64,000 nt of DNA, from contig NC_134035.1 of NCBI RefSeq assembly GCF_964204645.1, positions 10,448,451 to 10,512,450 of the forward strand, written 5' to 3'. The DNA is from Tubulanus polymorphus (Eukaryota > Animalia > Nemertea). Numbering within the stretch: the stretch's first letter is position 1; each line of letters begins with the position of its first letter. Shown one piece after another: positions 1 to 11,288 of this stretch. The notes under the pieces were generated by a model. The model saw only the letters and a list, made by a program, of their open reading frames with translations, was not told where the DNA came from and did not search any database. The position numbers and the translations under genes were made by a program.

Positions 1-3000
1 GTTTTCCAGAATTGTCGAATATCGAGAACCGAACGAGGAATACTGGCACAATTCAGCAGTCCGTGTATAGTTAAAGCGTTGTACACATCTGTGAAGTTTA
101 AGAGTTAAGTACCGGATATATAGATAATATCGAATTTCTTACATTTTCCAAAAAAAGAGCGGAATAGAAAAATCTAAACCATTGACGAAACACTCAATCA
201 GTATTGTAGCAATGATAATATAAAATTCCACGTTAAGAATGAAAAGGTTCAAACTATTTCCATAAGGTAACAATTCGTATTTTATTAATAAAATTCCTGA
301 ATATGACTATTAAGATATAGTCGAAATGACCAACTCAAGGAGACATTTCAGACTCTTTTCTTCATGCTTAGAATGGGATTTTTATATCATAGGAAAATCG
401 GTCATCAACTCAATTCGATAACAACACATATTCAATCTTGGCGACGGATAAAATACAGACAACCGATGAAAATCAGATTATTGGCCCAAACGACCATTAG
501 GTCGGCATATATATGCATTTAATGTGTCCCCAGTGGTCGATAGTGGTTTAGATTCTTCAGTATCTATAATCACGACCACCAGAAGTACAGCACAAACAAA
601 CATAGAACGCGCAGTAGAACGAAAATCGCAAAAATGTTCAAAATTCAGTATTAAACGAAGATACTAATGGAGAAGTATTTCAATGAGACATCATATCATT
701 TTCGTTCTAAGGGCCATCATCTTGCTTATTGTTATTAAATGACCACATCTTAATAGATAATGTAATACGTCAATGTCAGCTGAGTTAGCGCAGGGGATAT
801 CAGTGACTCTACAGATACACAGACAGCTTGTCCTTTTCTCAATATGCATACTTATTCGCAGGAATGCGTAAGAAGGTGCTGCAAAAGAAGACAACAGTAT
901 ATACTTTATACTGTATGTACCGAGTACTGAGTGAAACCATCATAGATAGAATCCATGGTCGATCCATGGACTCTAGATTAAAACGATTTTAGAGTCCACG
1001 GTGAATCTCACCGGACCATGATGTCTCTAATAACCGCATTATGAAGGTAATACATTCATTATATTAGGTTCATTCATATCAAACGAACAACGTAAACAAA
1101 TTATACCCACCATCACAGCAGGCAAACATCACCGGTATTGTGTAGAGAATAATGCGACCCAGACCCCGACCTGCAGTAAGCAATTAATAAAGATAATCAC
1201 ATCATGATATACCATTAATCAGAATGATTATACGGCATGGATTATCTCGTACTGATTTACCAGCGAAAATTACCACGGTTCACGAAGGCTATTTTTGATA
1301 TCACCGATAACAGAAACCCTAGAGGTGTGCGCAGTTCATCGGGACAACAGACACAGAAATCCAACATAAAAGTTGTTTTTTTTCTAAGTTTATTAATACC
1401 AAAATGTTTTGTGGACTGTTGCCTAACAACTGTCTTTTCAGATGGAATACTGATGGCTGGGAGACCATGGTATATAATTAATAATTCCATCTCTCATGAT
1501 GAAAAAAACTGATAATGCAGAATTTCCGCTATATCTGTTTGCCTGGTTCGCTTCAAATAACCCGTCATTTGATCGCGTATTCGAATCACAACTTAATAAT
1601 CGAGTGAAAGTAGATTCTAATGGTTTAAACTGTAGGCAGAACTGTTCGCACAGATAGATATAACACGTCGAAAGTTAATGACATCCAATCTAAATATCAC
1701 GGATGTCGACTTCCCCCGCAACAGCTAGTATCGACGTTGATTCAATAACGCGTTATTATCGCAGAGGGTTTGGACCGGGGTCGCACAAGCCGACGAGATC
1801 GACAACAATACATCGAGCTGGAACCCCGTCGTAATCCATTTCCTGACCTCTCGGGGAGTTGTGGATCCGTAATCGCGCGGGACACCATTTACAAACGAAT
1901 AAATACTATGAAAACTACATTATGGCTGATATATTCCGTAAATATGCCTTTCATGTAGATAAATATAGAAAGTGGTGCAACGCCACGTATATGCCACCCT
2001 GGTAAGATTAAAGTTAACCTTTTAGTGCCAAGACAACCATTTTGTCGCGTGGTACAAGAGCGAGTGGAAGCTTACACTTTCCATGCGGTATATGCCACCT
2101 GTCAGAATTGGAAATTCAAGATGGCCTCCAGTATTTTGACGGAGCAAGAAACTTGATTTTCGATAGATGTATATTCCATTAACCAGGAATTCAAAATGTC
2201 AGTAATGGTGGCCATGCGAGAAATTTGATCTTCAATAGGTTTTATAAGTACCGGTAGACCTACCACATTACACCAACTGCATTAAAAAAAAAAATGCACA
2301 TAATTTGAATTGAAGTGTTTAGGTGGAAAAGAGAGGGGTGTGAGCACACGCCGTGTAGAATACAATGTCACCCGACCCGCCTAGTTAGTTACCTAATCGT
2401 TGGTGGTAAGCTTTTTATAATCGGATGGGCTTATACCAACGTTAGGGATGACAAGGACCAAAACACGGTTGAAAAAAGTAACACTTCAAAAATATACTTT
2501 ATATTCACTTCAGTCCAAAATTAATGGCTTAATTCACAATCTAACACAGGTACCTTTCGAAATAATCCAATTTTATGTATGTTTCGAGTGGTTAATCAAC
2601 ATTATTTTGAGAAATTAATTAATTTCTCCACCAATTTCGCCATTGGCCGCCATTTCTCTGTATTGCACATGTGGCATGATAAGACAAGGGGACCTACAAG
2701 GATTTATATAAAACTTCCAAGACGAAACGACAATTTTTATTTTTGATGGTTTTCCAACTTATATTTCAAATCTTCAGGTTTTCCACATTAAATTATTTGA
2801 AATAATAAATTCTGGTAAAAGAAAAATGTGAATAAGTGTTGATTTCTTAATTTTTTTTCAATTTCGTCGTTTCGCTTTGTTAGTTTGTGCTGTTGTCCTG
2901 GCCTCAGTCCACAGGTGCCAGCACCTCCAGTAATTTTCAAAATGGCAGCTGTTGACCCGACGGAAATTTACTCTCACTTTACGGCCGATTTGCACATGGA

Positions 3001-6000
3001 TTAAGATCGTCAGGTGAGGTGTTATAGGTATCAGACAAACTGCAAATCTGTTGTGCGTCGATTACAAAAAAAATTAGACGGATATCTTAAGAGGCAATGA
3101 AATGCCAGGCAAATTACTCGTCAGTCAAATTGGCTGACGAAGATTTCATACAAAAATGACCTTCCCATTCCTGACTGTGGTTTGTGAAAATATCCGATTG
3201 TGAAACTAAACCACAGACAGGTTACTGACTACCGACCCGCCCTACAACGATGACTTAATGAACATCTTCCATTAGATAATCTTAAATATATCAACATGTA
3301 GTGTCAACATGACAGCACTGTATGTAATAGCTAATTAAGAGAAAGATCAATCGCGACCATTTCATATATTGGAGAAATGATGTCACTGCTGTCTTAACAA
3401 AAGAAAGCCACTCAGGTTCAGAGTGAATTGGGAGGTGTTAAATAGCTCTTATTAGCGATTAGACCAAAACTTCAGTTGAACCAACAATCCAGAGACGTGA
3501 GACAACATTTCCAGCAATCAAGATAAAATTCATCCTTTTCGTTCCATATTCGATGTGAAATTAAACATTAATCGAAATTGAAAAACAGTTTTCATAGAGC
3601 ACGGCTTTTCCCTAAATCATTGTAATCAGTGATCTGAAGTGATTGAATGAATTTTTCAAGGGCCTACAATCAATGTATGTCGCTTCTTAAACGGAAAAGA
3701 TATCTAATTTAATGAGACGAGTGCAGATACTAAACCGACCCCCGCACTGACTATTGTCAGCAGATATCAGATAATTATCTTCAGTGCGGATTGTATCAAT
3801 TATTTCACATTGATTTATGATCGATAATGCGAGTATATATGATATTCAATAAGCGAAGAAGATGCAACTGAATGAAATGATTTCTCCTGAATGTCGTGCC
3901 CGTGTCGGTGCGAATCAACTCATGGCACTTATTTTACTAACTGAAACAAGAACCTTCAACAACTAACTTCATACGAAATGTATTGAAGCGCACTTAACAC
4001 TGACCTACGTATGATAGGATGGTAGTACTGAACAAATTATAGAATAACATTACAATCAAATATTACATTATAACGGGTACCGGTATATAGAATAGTGATC
4101 GAAAGTGTACGAAATGGCTTCTATACTACATTTGACCCTTAATCACTGCCGGCAGTGATTCCAACCTTAACAGGTTTCTTCATGTTTCCCTCCATCTTGA
4201 ATTTTTGTATTTGTATTACTTTGCACGATTATTATAATTCGAAATGGAAAAATAAAATTATTATTATTATCATTATTATAACCCCGAGGAAGAGAAGTTA
4301 CTTTATATTGCATTGTATGTTTAGATTTAATTAAAAGGATACTTAGGAAGAAAGCTTTTCTCTCAGTTTCATTCATGTCGTCGAGTTTCACTGATTTCAG
4401 TTGTTTTGCCGTGTTTAAATACGTCTTATAAACGTCGCTTTTCTGTAACTTTTCATAGTCGACGCCGTTACCACCGGGATCCATGAATTCACCTTTTATT
4501 CTGTAATGATTGACAAACATAAATGATCAACTGGATTTCATAAATTATCCCGACCGATTGTTCCCTTGATGCTGGAGAATTCTGGAAAATTCCACAGGTA
4601 TATCGCTAAAGCGCATGTACATTAAGGTACGGTGTATGGTTTGTTACTGATGTTGCACAATGCTTGACAGTGTTGCTGCCAACTCTCAGTAAAGATTTAA
4701 ACTAATTGATAAATAAAATTGATTCACCATAATGCGATGTATCAGTAAGATAAATCACCAAATTATACATCGCACTGTGATGTAGACACGCTGAAAAAGT
4801 TAACTGGCTTCTGGTTTGTTATACTCATTATTAGGGGAGGATCTAGCCTTGAGTACTGCCAACTGTGGATACTAACATCAAACTTGAAGTAACACAGTCT
4901 GCGGATTAATTCTATATTTTGACCTTTCATTAGGGCCTATATAACAAAGCATTATTGCGTAGATTAGGTCATTATTCATCGCGGCCGAAATTTCACAGAA
5001 ATTTGATTTCGTTATTGACATTTTCTCTCAAGGGTTAATCGCATTAGATACACATTTAATGAGAATATGAAATATTTCAGAGTATTACGCGGTAAGAGCT
5101 GGGTTAACTTATCTCGACAAACAACGTATTTTGTATGTATGTACCGACGCAAGTGGTCTGATAGAAATCATAACAATAGCAGTAATAGGCCTACTTGACC
5201 GAAGTACAAACGAAAGCAGCACTCACTTCGCGAAAGGTCTGAATATCTAGTTTACCATGTTTCTTGGCAAAAACAAAACACAGGCTATATAGAGCTAATA
5301 AATCAATATCGTCTAGGGAGTAAGAAAATTGGGATTTAAAAGTTAAGTAGGCCAAAAAAACTGAACTTTCAGTGTATCCAGGCCATGATCTGAATCCAAC
5401 TGTTTTCAGAGCCATCTTTTTTTCATTAAAATGGTCAACTTCCTAGAGCTGAAATAGTATGTCTCTATTCTAGATTTTTTAAACTAGCTATGATTCTGAT
5501 ACCAATAAAAATAACGAAGGGCGGCAGATAAGAGCTTTTAGACTAATATATCGAGTTAAATCTAGAACAATGGTAAGAATAAGAAACCACGCAGTATGAG
5601 ATATCAACAGCACAACTATCAAATCTTGATTTCGTGAGGTCAAATTTTATCCTGACGGTCACCGGCATGCACGCGGGTATCATACTTCAGGACACGCTAC
5701 CAGGGTTTATCTCGAGTTTACCGCCGCTGAAGTAGGTCAGATAGTTTGATAATGCCTAGAATAACGAGATCGATCCTTTTCAGCGTTAGTCGCACTAAAG
5801 TTCTGACAGTGGTGGCTCAGGTGCCTCAGGGACTAAACACATCTAGTAACGCAATAATTCAAGAACCCAATTAAATCATATATGGATCAAATAACAAAAA
5901 ATCACATGAACAGGTCAGTGTATTTTTCTATTGGTTTTGTTTTCAGTTTTTCTACATCTCTTCGCTAAGCATCATTCTAACGAGCTAAACATTTATCATC

Positions 6001-6744
6001 AGTCACCGATGAACAGGGGCGGATTTAGGGGCTGGTCTCGGGGTCTGGACCCCTGCTTTCCTATCGAGGTTACTCAATTTTCATCGAGACAAATGTTCAT
6101 TAGAATCTGAAAATTTTAAACTAATCCTTTGAAATTGCATATTTTTCGGATATATTTCTTCAAAAATGTTTAACAACAAGGTTGGGAAGCTGCTGGTAGC
6201 CTATGAAATGGCTGTTTATCTAAAAAATCTTTTTAGTCAAGATAATGACATAGGTTAAACATCAATTTTCAATTAAAAACTGATTAACTTCAACTGTTAA
6301 GGAACAGTCAGCAGTCGGGTTCCTAACAGAACTTATCAGCGGTCTCACACACAGATAAACAATTGCCTACAACTTCCTTTTGAATTACCGACAGCCATGA
6401 TGAAGGATTGAGGTGAATGATAAATCCTTCCACTTCCAGTCTTACAATATCATAGACAGACATCTTTGGAAATCTCCCATTGACAATCTTCTTAAATTGA
6501 TGATTCCTAGACATTGGTCATTGTTATGTTTTAGATTAGATTGACGCATACGAGACCGCTGATTTTCTGAATCGATATATTGGCGATTTGAATTCGATTT
6601 GTTAAAAACTTCAGCCATACTTCCCGACAAAAAAGTCAGAGAAAGTTTTCATTACCTTAACATCAATTTCTGAAGCTCCTGTGAAATTTCGGCGGTTGTT
6701 TTCGTCGTACTCGTCGCGTCGTCGGATTTATTTAACACTTCCAT
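1..6744 (-). CDS. DUF547-domain protein, spliced, 3' part outside the window
   Basis: Phase-consistent GT-AG exons 6744-6656 (MEVLNKSDDATSTTKTTAEISQELQKLMLR), 4500-4343 (IKGEFMDPGGNGVDYEKLQKSDVYKTYLNTAKQLKSVKLDDMNETERKAFFL) and 88-<1 (NVYNALTIHGLLNCASIPRSVLDIRQFWK). The spliced motif VDY...L...E.KAFFLNVYNALTIHG is the DUF547 signature. Confidence 0.85.
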
Positions 6745-6819
6745 GACGCCGGATCGGTAAAAAACGACCTTCAATGCGAGAATACCATCAACACACAGCT
6801 GTCAAGCCGCCGAGCTCGG

Positions 6820-6845
6820 ACCCGGAAATGAACCGGAAGTGGCTC
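6820..6845. promoter_or_regulatory. Tandem ETS/GABP-like CCGGAA sites, candidate promoter of the DUF547 gene (possibly bidirectional)
   Basis: cccggaaatgaaccggaagtgg lies about 80-100 bp upstream of the DUF547 ATG in a CpG-rich patch. Tandem CCGGAAGT motifs are typical of metazoan housekeeping and bidirectional promoters. Confidence 0.4.
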
Positions 6846-7544
6846 CACATAGTGGGGAATGTCAATAAAGAATTGAATTGTATGTTGATAGAATAAATAT
6901 GAGCGATGTTGATTGAAAAATTTAGCAATCCAAGTACCTCCGGCAGTTTGGAGTTGCATATGAGCTATCCACGTTCCCCTCTCGACCCGTTACTCTCTCG
7001 ACCCGTTCCCGTCTCGACCCTACCGTACGATAGCGCCACCACAGTCGATTATTTGAACCATAACACTTGCGCGTATCGGATTCGGTTTTCACAGAACGAT
7101 CAGTGACACTTCCCAACAATTTTAGAACTTGATTAGATTCTTTAAACTTTTCATTGAAAAGATCGAATGAGGAAATCACCTCCAATGTGAATAAAAGTAA
7201 AAATTCAGGATGCGAAAAACAATTTCCCGTCGAAATTTCCTCCCAGAATCTGGGAACAATATATTCACTGTTTAAAAGCTTTACACTAATTTCAAATGAA
7301 TTACACGAGTTGAATTATTTTGGTTTCTTAGAAATAAAATCAACTTTATTTAAATCCTTCAAACCATTTTTCTAAAAACGACCCAGCCCGCGGCATTTTA
7401 ATTGGGACATGTTTCATTGTGCCATTTATCAATTCAAATGTAATTCATCAAATTTATGAAAAAAAAATTATTGTATAAATTTTGCAAAAAAATAAAGATC
7501 TTGTTCAATTTTATGACGCGTTGATTTCTAGATCACGTTGTTCC

Positions 7545-8226
7545 CCACACCATGTTCCCGTCTCGACCCTTCAAATCTGGCTCTACTCTCTACACAGTCC
7601 CGTGGACCCTATGTTCCCGTCTCGACCCTTCACATCTGTCTCCACTCTCTACACAGTCCTGTGGACCCTATGTTCCCGTCTCGACCCTTCACACCTGTCT
7701 CTACTCTCTACACAGTCCCGTGGACACCATGTTCCCGTCTCGACCCTTCTAACCTGTCTCTAGTTTCTACACAGTCCACTGGACACCATGTTCCCATCTC
7801 GACCCTTCAAATCTGTTTCCACTCTCTACACAGTCCCGTGTACACCATGTTCCCGTGTCGACCCTTCACACCTGTCTCTACTCTCTACACAGTCCCGTGG
7901 ACACCATGTTCCCGTCTCGACCCTTCACACCTGTCTCTACTCTCTACACAGTCCCGTAGACACCATGTTCCCGTCTCGACCCTTCAAAACTGTCTCTACT
8001 CTCTACACAGTCCCGTAGACACCATGTTCCCGTCTCGATCCTTCACACCTGTCTCTACTCTCTACACAGTCCCGTGGACACCATGTTCCCGTCTCGACCC
8101 TTTAAAACTGTCTCTAGTCTCTACACAGTCCTGTGGACACCATGTTCCCGTCTCGACCCTTCTAACCTGTCTCTAGTCTCTACACAGTCCTGTGGACACC
8201 ATGTTCCCGTCTCGACCCTTCACATC
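7545..8226 (+). repeat. 59-bp tandem array (~11-12 units), left arm of the foldback element
   Basis: Unit ~GACACCATGTTCCCGTCTCGACCCTTCACACCTGTCTCTACTCTCTACACAGTCCCGTG. The period of 59 is read from the one-base shift per 60-nt line. Confidence 0.95.
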
Positions 8227-8804
8227 CGTTTCTAGACAGTTTCTGGGATACTCTGACATATCTAATCGGCTTGTAATATTTCCACTCAGTGGGACGAGCC
8301 TTTAAAAAAGATGGAAATTAATATTAAAATTGGTCGAATATTCATTGATTAAAAAGATGAGGAATCTACAAAATCGATGCCGACGGACTGAATATTGATA
8401 CATGTATACATAAGGAAAATTTCTACAATTTTCAATCAAACTCAGTGAAATTTTCAGGAATATGTACCATACACATTACCATGAAAACTCATTAGAACGA
8501 ACTCAAAGAACCAGAAGATTACAACCGACATTGTCCTAATAGTCGAAATTCTAGATTTTTGATAATCGATAATTCGGTAGGTATATCAGAAGTATAACTA
8601 GGCTACAATGTTCCTTGGCTGAATCCCATGGTCTTCAATACGAAAGGCTTTCATTCTCATCTTAATTTTCTTTTTTTTTCTGCCTGTTGTAGCCCGACAA
8701 ATCGTGAATGACAAATCATTACTTATATCGAAATATCTTGATACAAGATACGTAACACACAGCCACCATCTTAATGGCTTCACTAAACCTGTGTCCACTA
8801 AAAA

Positions 8805-9325
8805 TGTCGAGACGGGAACATGGTGTCCACAGGACTGTGTAGAGAGTAGAGACAGGTGTGAAGGGTCGAGACGGGAGCATAGGGTCCACGGGACTGTGTA
8901 GAGACTAGAGACAGGTTAGAAGGGTCGAGACGGGAACATGGTGTCCACAGGACTGTGTAGAGAGTAGAGACAGATGTGAAGGGTCGAGACGGGAACATGG
9001 TGTCCACAGGACTGTGTAGAGACTAGAGACAGGTTAGAAGGGTCGAGACGGGAACATGGTGTCCACAGGACTGTGTAGAGACTAGAGACAGTTTTAAAGG
9101 GTCGAGACGGGAACATGGTGTCCACGGGACTGTGTAGAGAGTAGAGACAGGTGTGAAGGATCGAGACGGGAACATGGTGTCTACGGGACTGTGTAGAGAG
9201 TAGAGACAGGTTTGAAGGGTCGAGACAGGAACATAGTGTCCACGGGACTGTGTAGAGACTAGAGACAGGTTTGAAGGGTCGAGACAGGAACATAGGGTCC
9301 ATGGAGAAACCCACGGGATCTGTAG
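8805..9325 (-). repeat. 59-bp tandem array (~8-9 units), reverse complement, right arm of the foldback element
   Basis: Unit GTCGAGACGGGAACATGGTGTCCACAGGACTGTGTAGAGAGTAGAGACAGGTGTGAAGG, the reverse complement of the 7545-8226 array. Confidence 0.95.
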
Positions 9326-9687
9326 AGAAAGATAACGCGTCATGAATTTAACAATCATCTTTATTTTTTTTGCAAAATTCAGACATTAATTTTCTTCATA
9401 AATTTGATGAATTCGAATTGATTAATGGCAATAAACATGCCCCAAACAAAATGCCCCGGGCCGGGTCGTTTTTTGAAAAAACGGTTTGAGAGATTTAAAG
9501 AAAGTTGATTTTATTTTTTAGAAACCAAAATAATTACACTCGTGTAATTCATTCAAGATTATATTTGAAATTAGTTTAGCTTTACCAGTAAATATATATT
9601 ATTTCTGGGAGGAAATCTCGACGGGAAATTGCTTACTTCGCATCTTGAATTTTTACTTCTGTTGACATTGGAGGCGTTTTCTTGGTA

Positions 9688-9881
9688 AGTGCAGATCCAC
9701 ACCTCTCGTGATTGACGCAATCTGCTGAATGACAGAATCCAGGCTAAAATCTTTCTAGTGAAGATATCTAAAAATTAACCAATGGCAAACCACTGAATTG
9801 CTGAATTTTGAATCTGAAATACGTGTTGATATTAAATGTAATTGATTGAACCGTTTACGCGGGGAGGTGCGGATCTGCACT
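9688..9881. mobile_element. Small MITE nested in the right arm of the foldback element
   Basis: TIRs AGTGCAGATCCACACCTC / GAGGTGCGGATCTGCACT with TA on both sides. It is absent at the matching position of the left arm (~7170). Confidence 0.75.
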
Positions 9882-10582
9882 TAAGCTTATACCGTTTCCA
9901 TCATTCGATCTTTTCAATGAAAAGTTTTCAAAAATCTAATTTGATTTTTTAAAATTGTTGGTAGGTTCACATGCGAAAAACGAATCCGATACGCGCCGTA
10001 GTGTTTTAGTTCAAATAATCGACTGTGGTGGCGCTATTGTACGGTAGGGTCGAGACGGGAACGGGTCGAGACAGTAACGGGTCGAGACGGGAACGTGGAT
10101 GGCTCATATATATATGGCAGTTTGCAGCTCAGATTTTCTTGTTTTTGAGCTATTTTTGCCGGATCTAAACTACGACAGTGTGAGTTAACTATCTGATTAT
10201 ATAAAGCTAATATATGTTTTGGAGCGTGAAGAGTTTGGAAATTGAAAACTGCGTTTTAACCGCGATTTTCTTCACTTTCTTCATCATTAGCAGTTCATTA
10301 TCTGGTCTGTGCAACTTACTTTCAGGTGTCTGGTTTATACTTTTAATGTTTCGGTCGCTACTGAGCCCCATACTATAGCCACCCCCGCACCGGCCCATAA
10401 TAGGGAACTTCTTTTGGCCTATGGTCTAAATAAGACCTGCTGAAAAGTGTATCATCGCACATGTCGAATAATTTTTTTCTGATGAATGATCGATGTATTG
10501 ATGATGACTCCGATGAGATTAGGGATTGATTGATGGGATTGACTACTAGGGATGATTTGACAAGCCCTCCCCTACTGCTTAA

Positions 10583-10862
10583 CCTTTTCAGTGCTGACTA
10601 ATCAATACCCTATAGTGCTGGAGATAATTTGAAAATTTTGAAAAAATCCAACCTAGTGTATTGAATAACGGGAATACCACTATAATGCGTAAACACTGCG
10701 GCGCGGTGTATCATTAGTTACTAATTTTCACTATATTTGACAGGTGCTGCTATCTTTTAATAGAGATAAAAACTAATTACGTCAATACACCGCAATGCGG
10801 TGTACTAGCAAAATCCATCACCGATTCATACAACACACTGCGGTGTAGACGCACTGAAAGGG
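10583..10862. mobile_element. piggyBac-like MITE
   Basis: TTAA|CCTTTTCAGTGC ... GCACTGAAAGGG|TTAT with internal TACACCGCA.TGCGGTGTA palindromes. Related copies at 51657-51907 (inverted) and partial copies near 4690-4803, 16760-16925, 42195-42220 and 56425-56465. Confidence 0.7.
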
Positions 10863-11288
10863 TTATCTCTGAACAGTGATATTGTTGTGAATTATTGTGC
10901 TAATTTTCCTGTGCTGGGTGGTCTTTTGCCGTTATAGTTCTTAGGAACATTTTAGATAGTGGGCCTGGGGCCCTAGGTGCACAGTCTTGATCTGAATTAT
11001 ATTCTGTGACGACCAGGTGTTAGCGCGTATTAGTGTCACAGGTGTGCGTGTCGTGTTCAAACAGGTGGAGATTTTATCAATCTTAGTGAAAGAGTTAAAC
11101 ACAGAGCCCCACTTGCCAGAGCCACAGTAGCATAAACCAGGCCATCGATTTTTACTGTCTATATACCTTGTCATAACTAAATTATCTGGATATTTTTTTC
11201 ATTGTCTTCTGCAAGATCAAAAAATTCATGATGAAACCGTTTTGATTGGAAAGCGTTACGTAAGTCTTACTAATTGTTTTTCAGTAGT

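Larger units (their letters stand above)
6962..10105. mobile_element. Non-autonomous foldback DNA transposon with ~1.3-kb terminal inverted repeats, Sola2-like
   Basis: The left end GAGCTATCCACGTTCCC... and right end ...GGGAACGTGGATGGCTC are inverted copies. ATAT flanks both sides (6958-6961, 10106-10109). The arms (~6962-8230 and ~8800-10105) align as inverted repeats around a ~570-bp unique spacer. GRG...CYC termini, a 4-bp TSD and long TIRs match Sola2. No transposase ORF is seen. Confidence 0.8.

Noticed and set aside
1050-1960. Nested plus-strand gene or pseudogene in the DUF547 intron
   Set aside because: A CpG-rich patch with short protein-like frames (for example SSWNPVVIHF), but many stops and no recognisable family or consistent exon chain.
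6323-6630. Alternative first exon of DUF547 (MAEVFNKS resembles MEVLNKS)
   Set aside because: The similarity is only a few residues and no in-phase donor was found.
8230-8800. Transposase remnant in the foldback spacer
   Set aside because: Only a 66-aa ORF with no DDE/DDD or DNA-binding motif recognisable.
7545-9325. CRISPR array
   Set aside because: Units are contiguous 59-bp tandem copies with no unique spacers, there are no cas genes, and the context is eukaryotic.
7482-9358. ORFs of 65-212 aa over the 59-bp arrays
   Set aside because: Translations of a tandem repeat whose period is not a multiple of three. The same peptides rotate through all frames.
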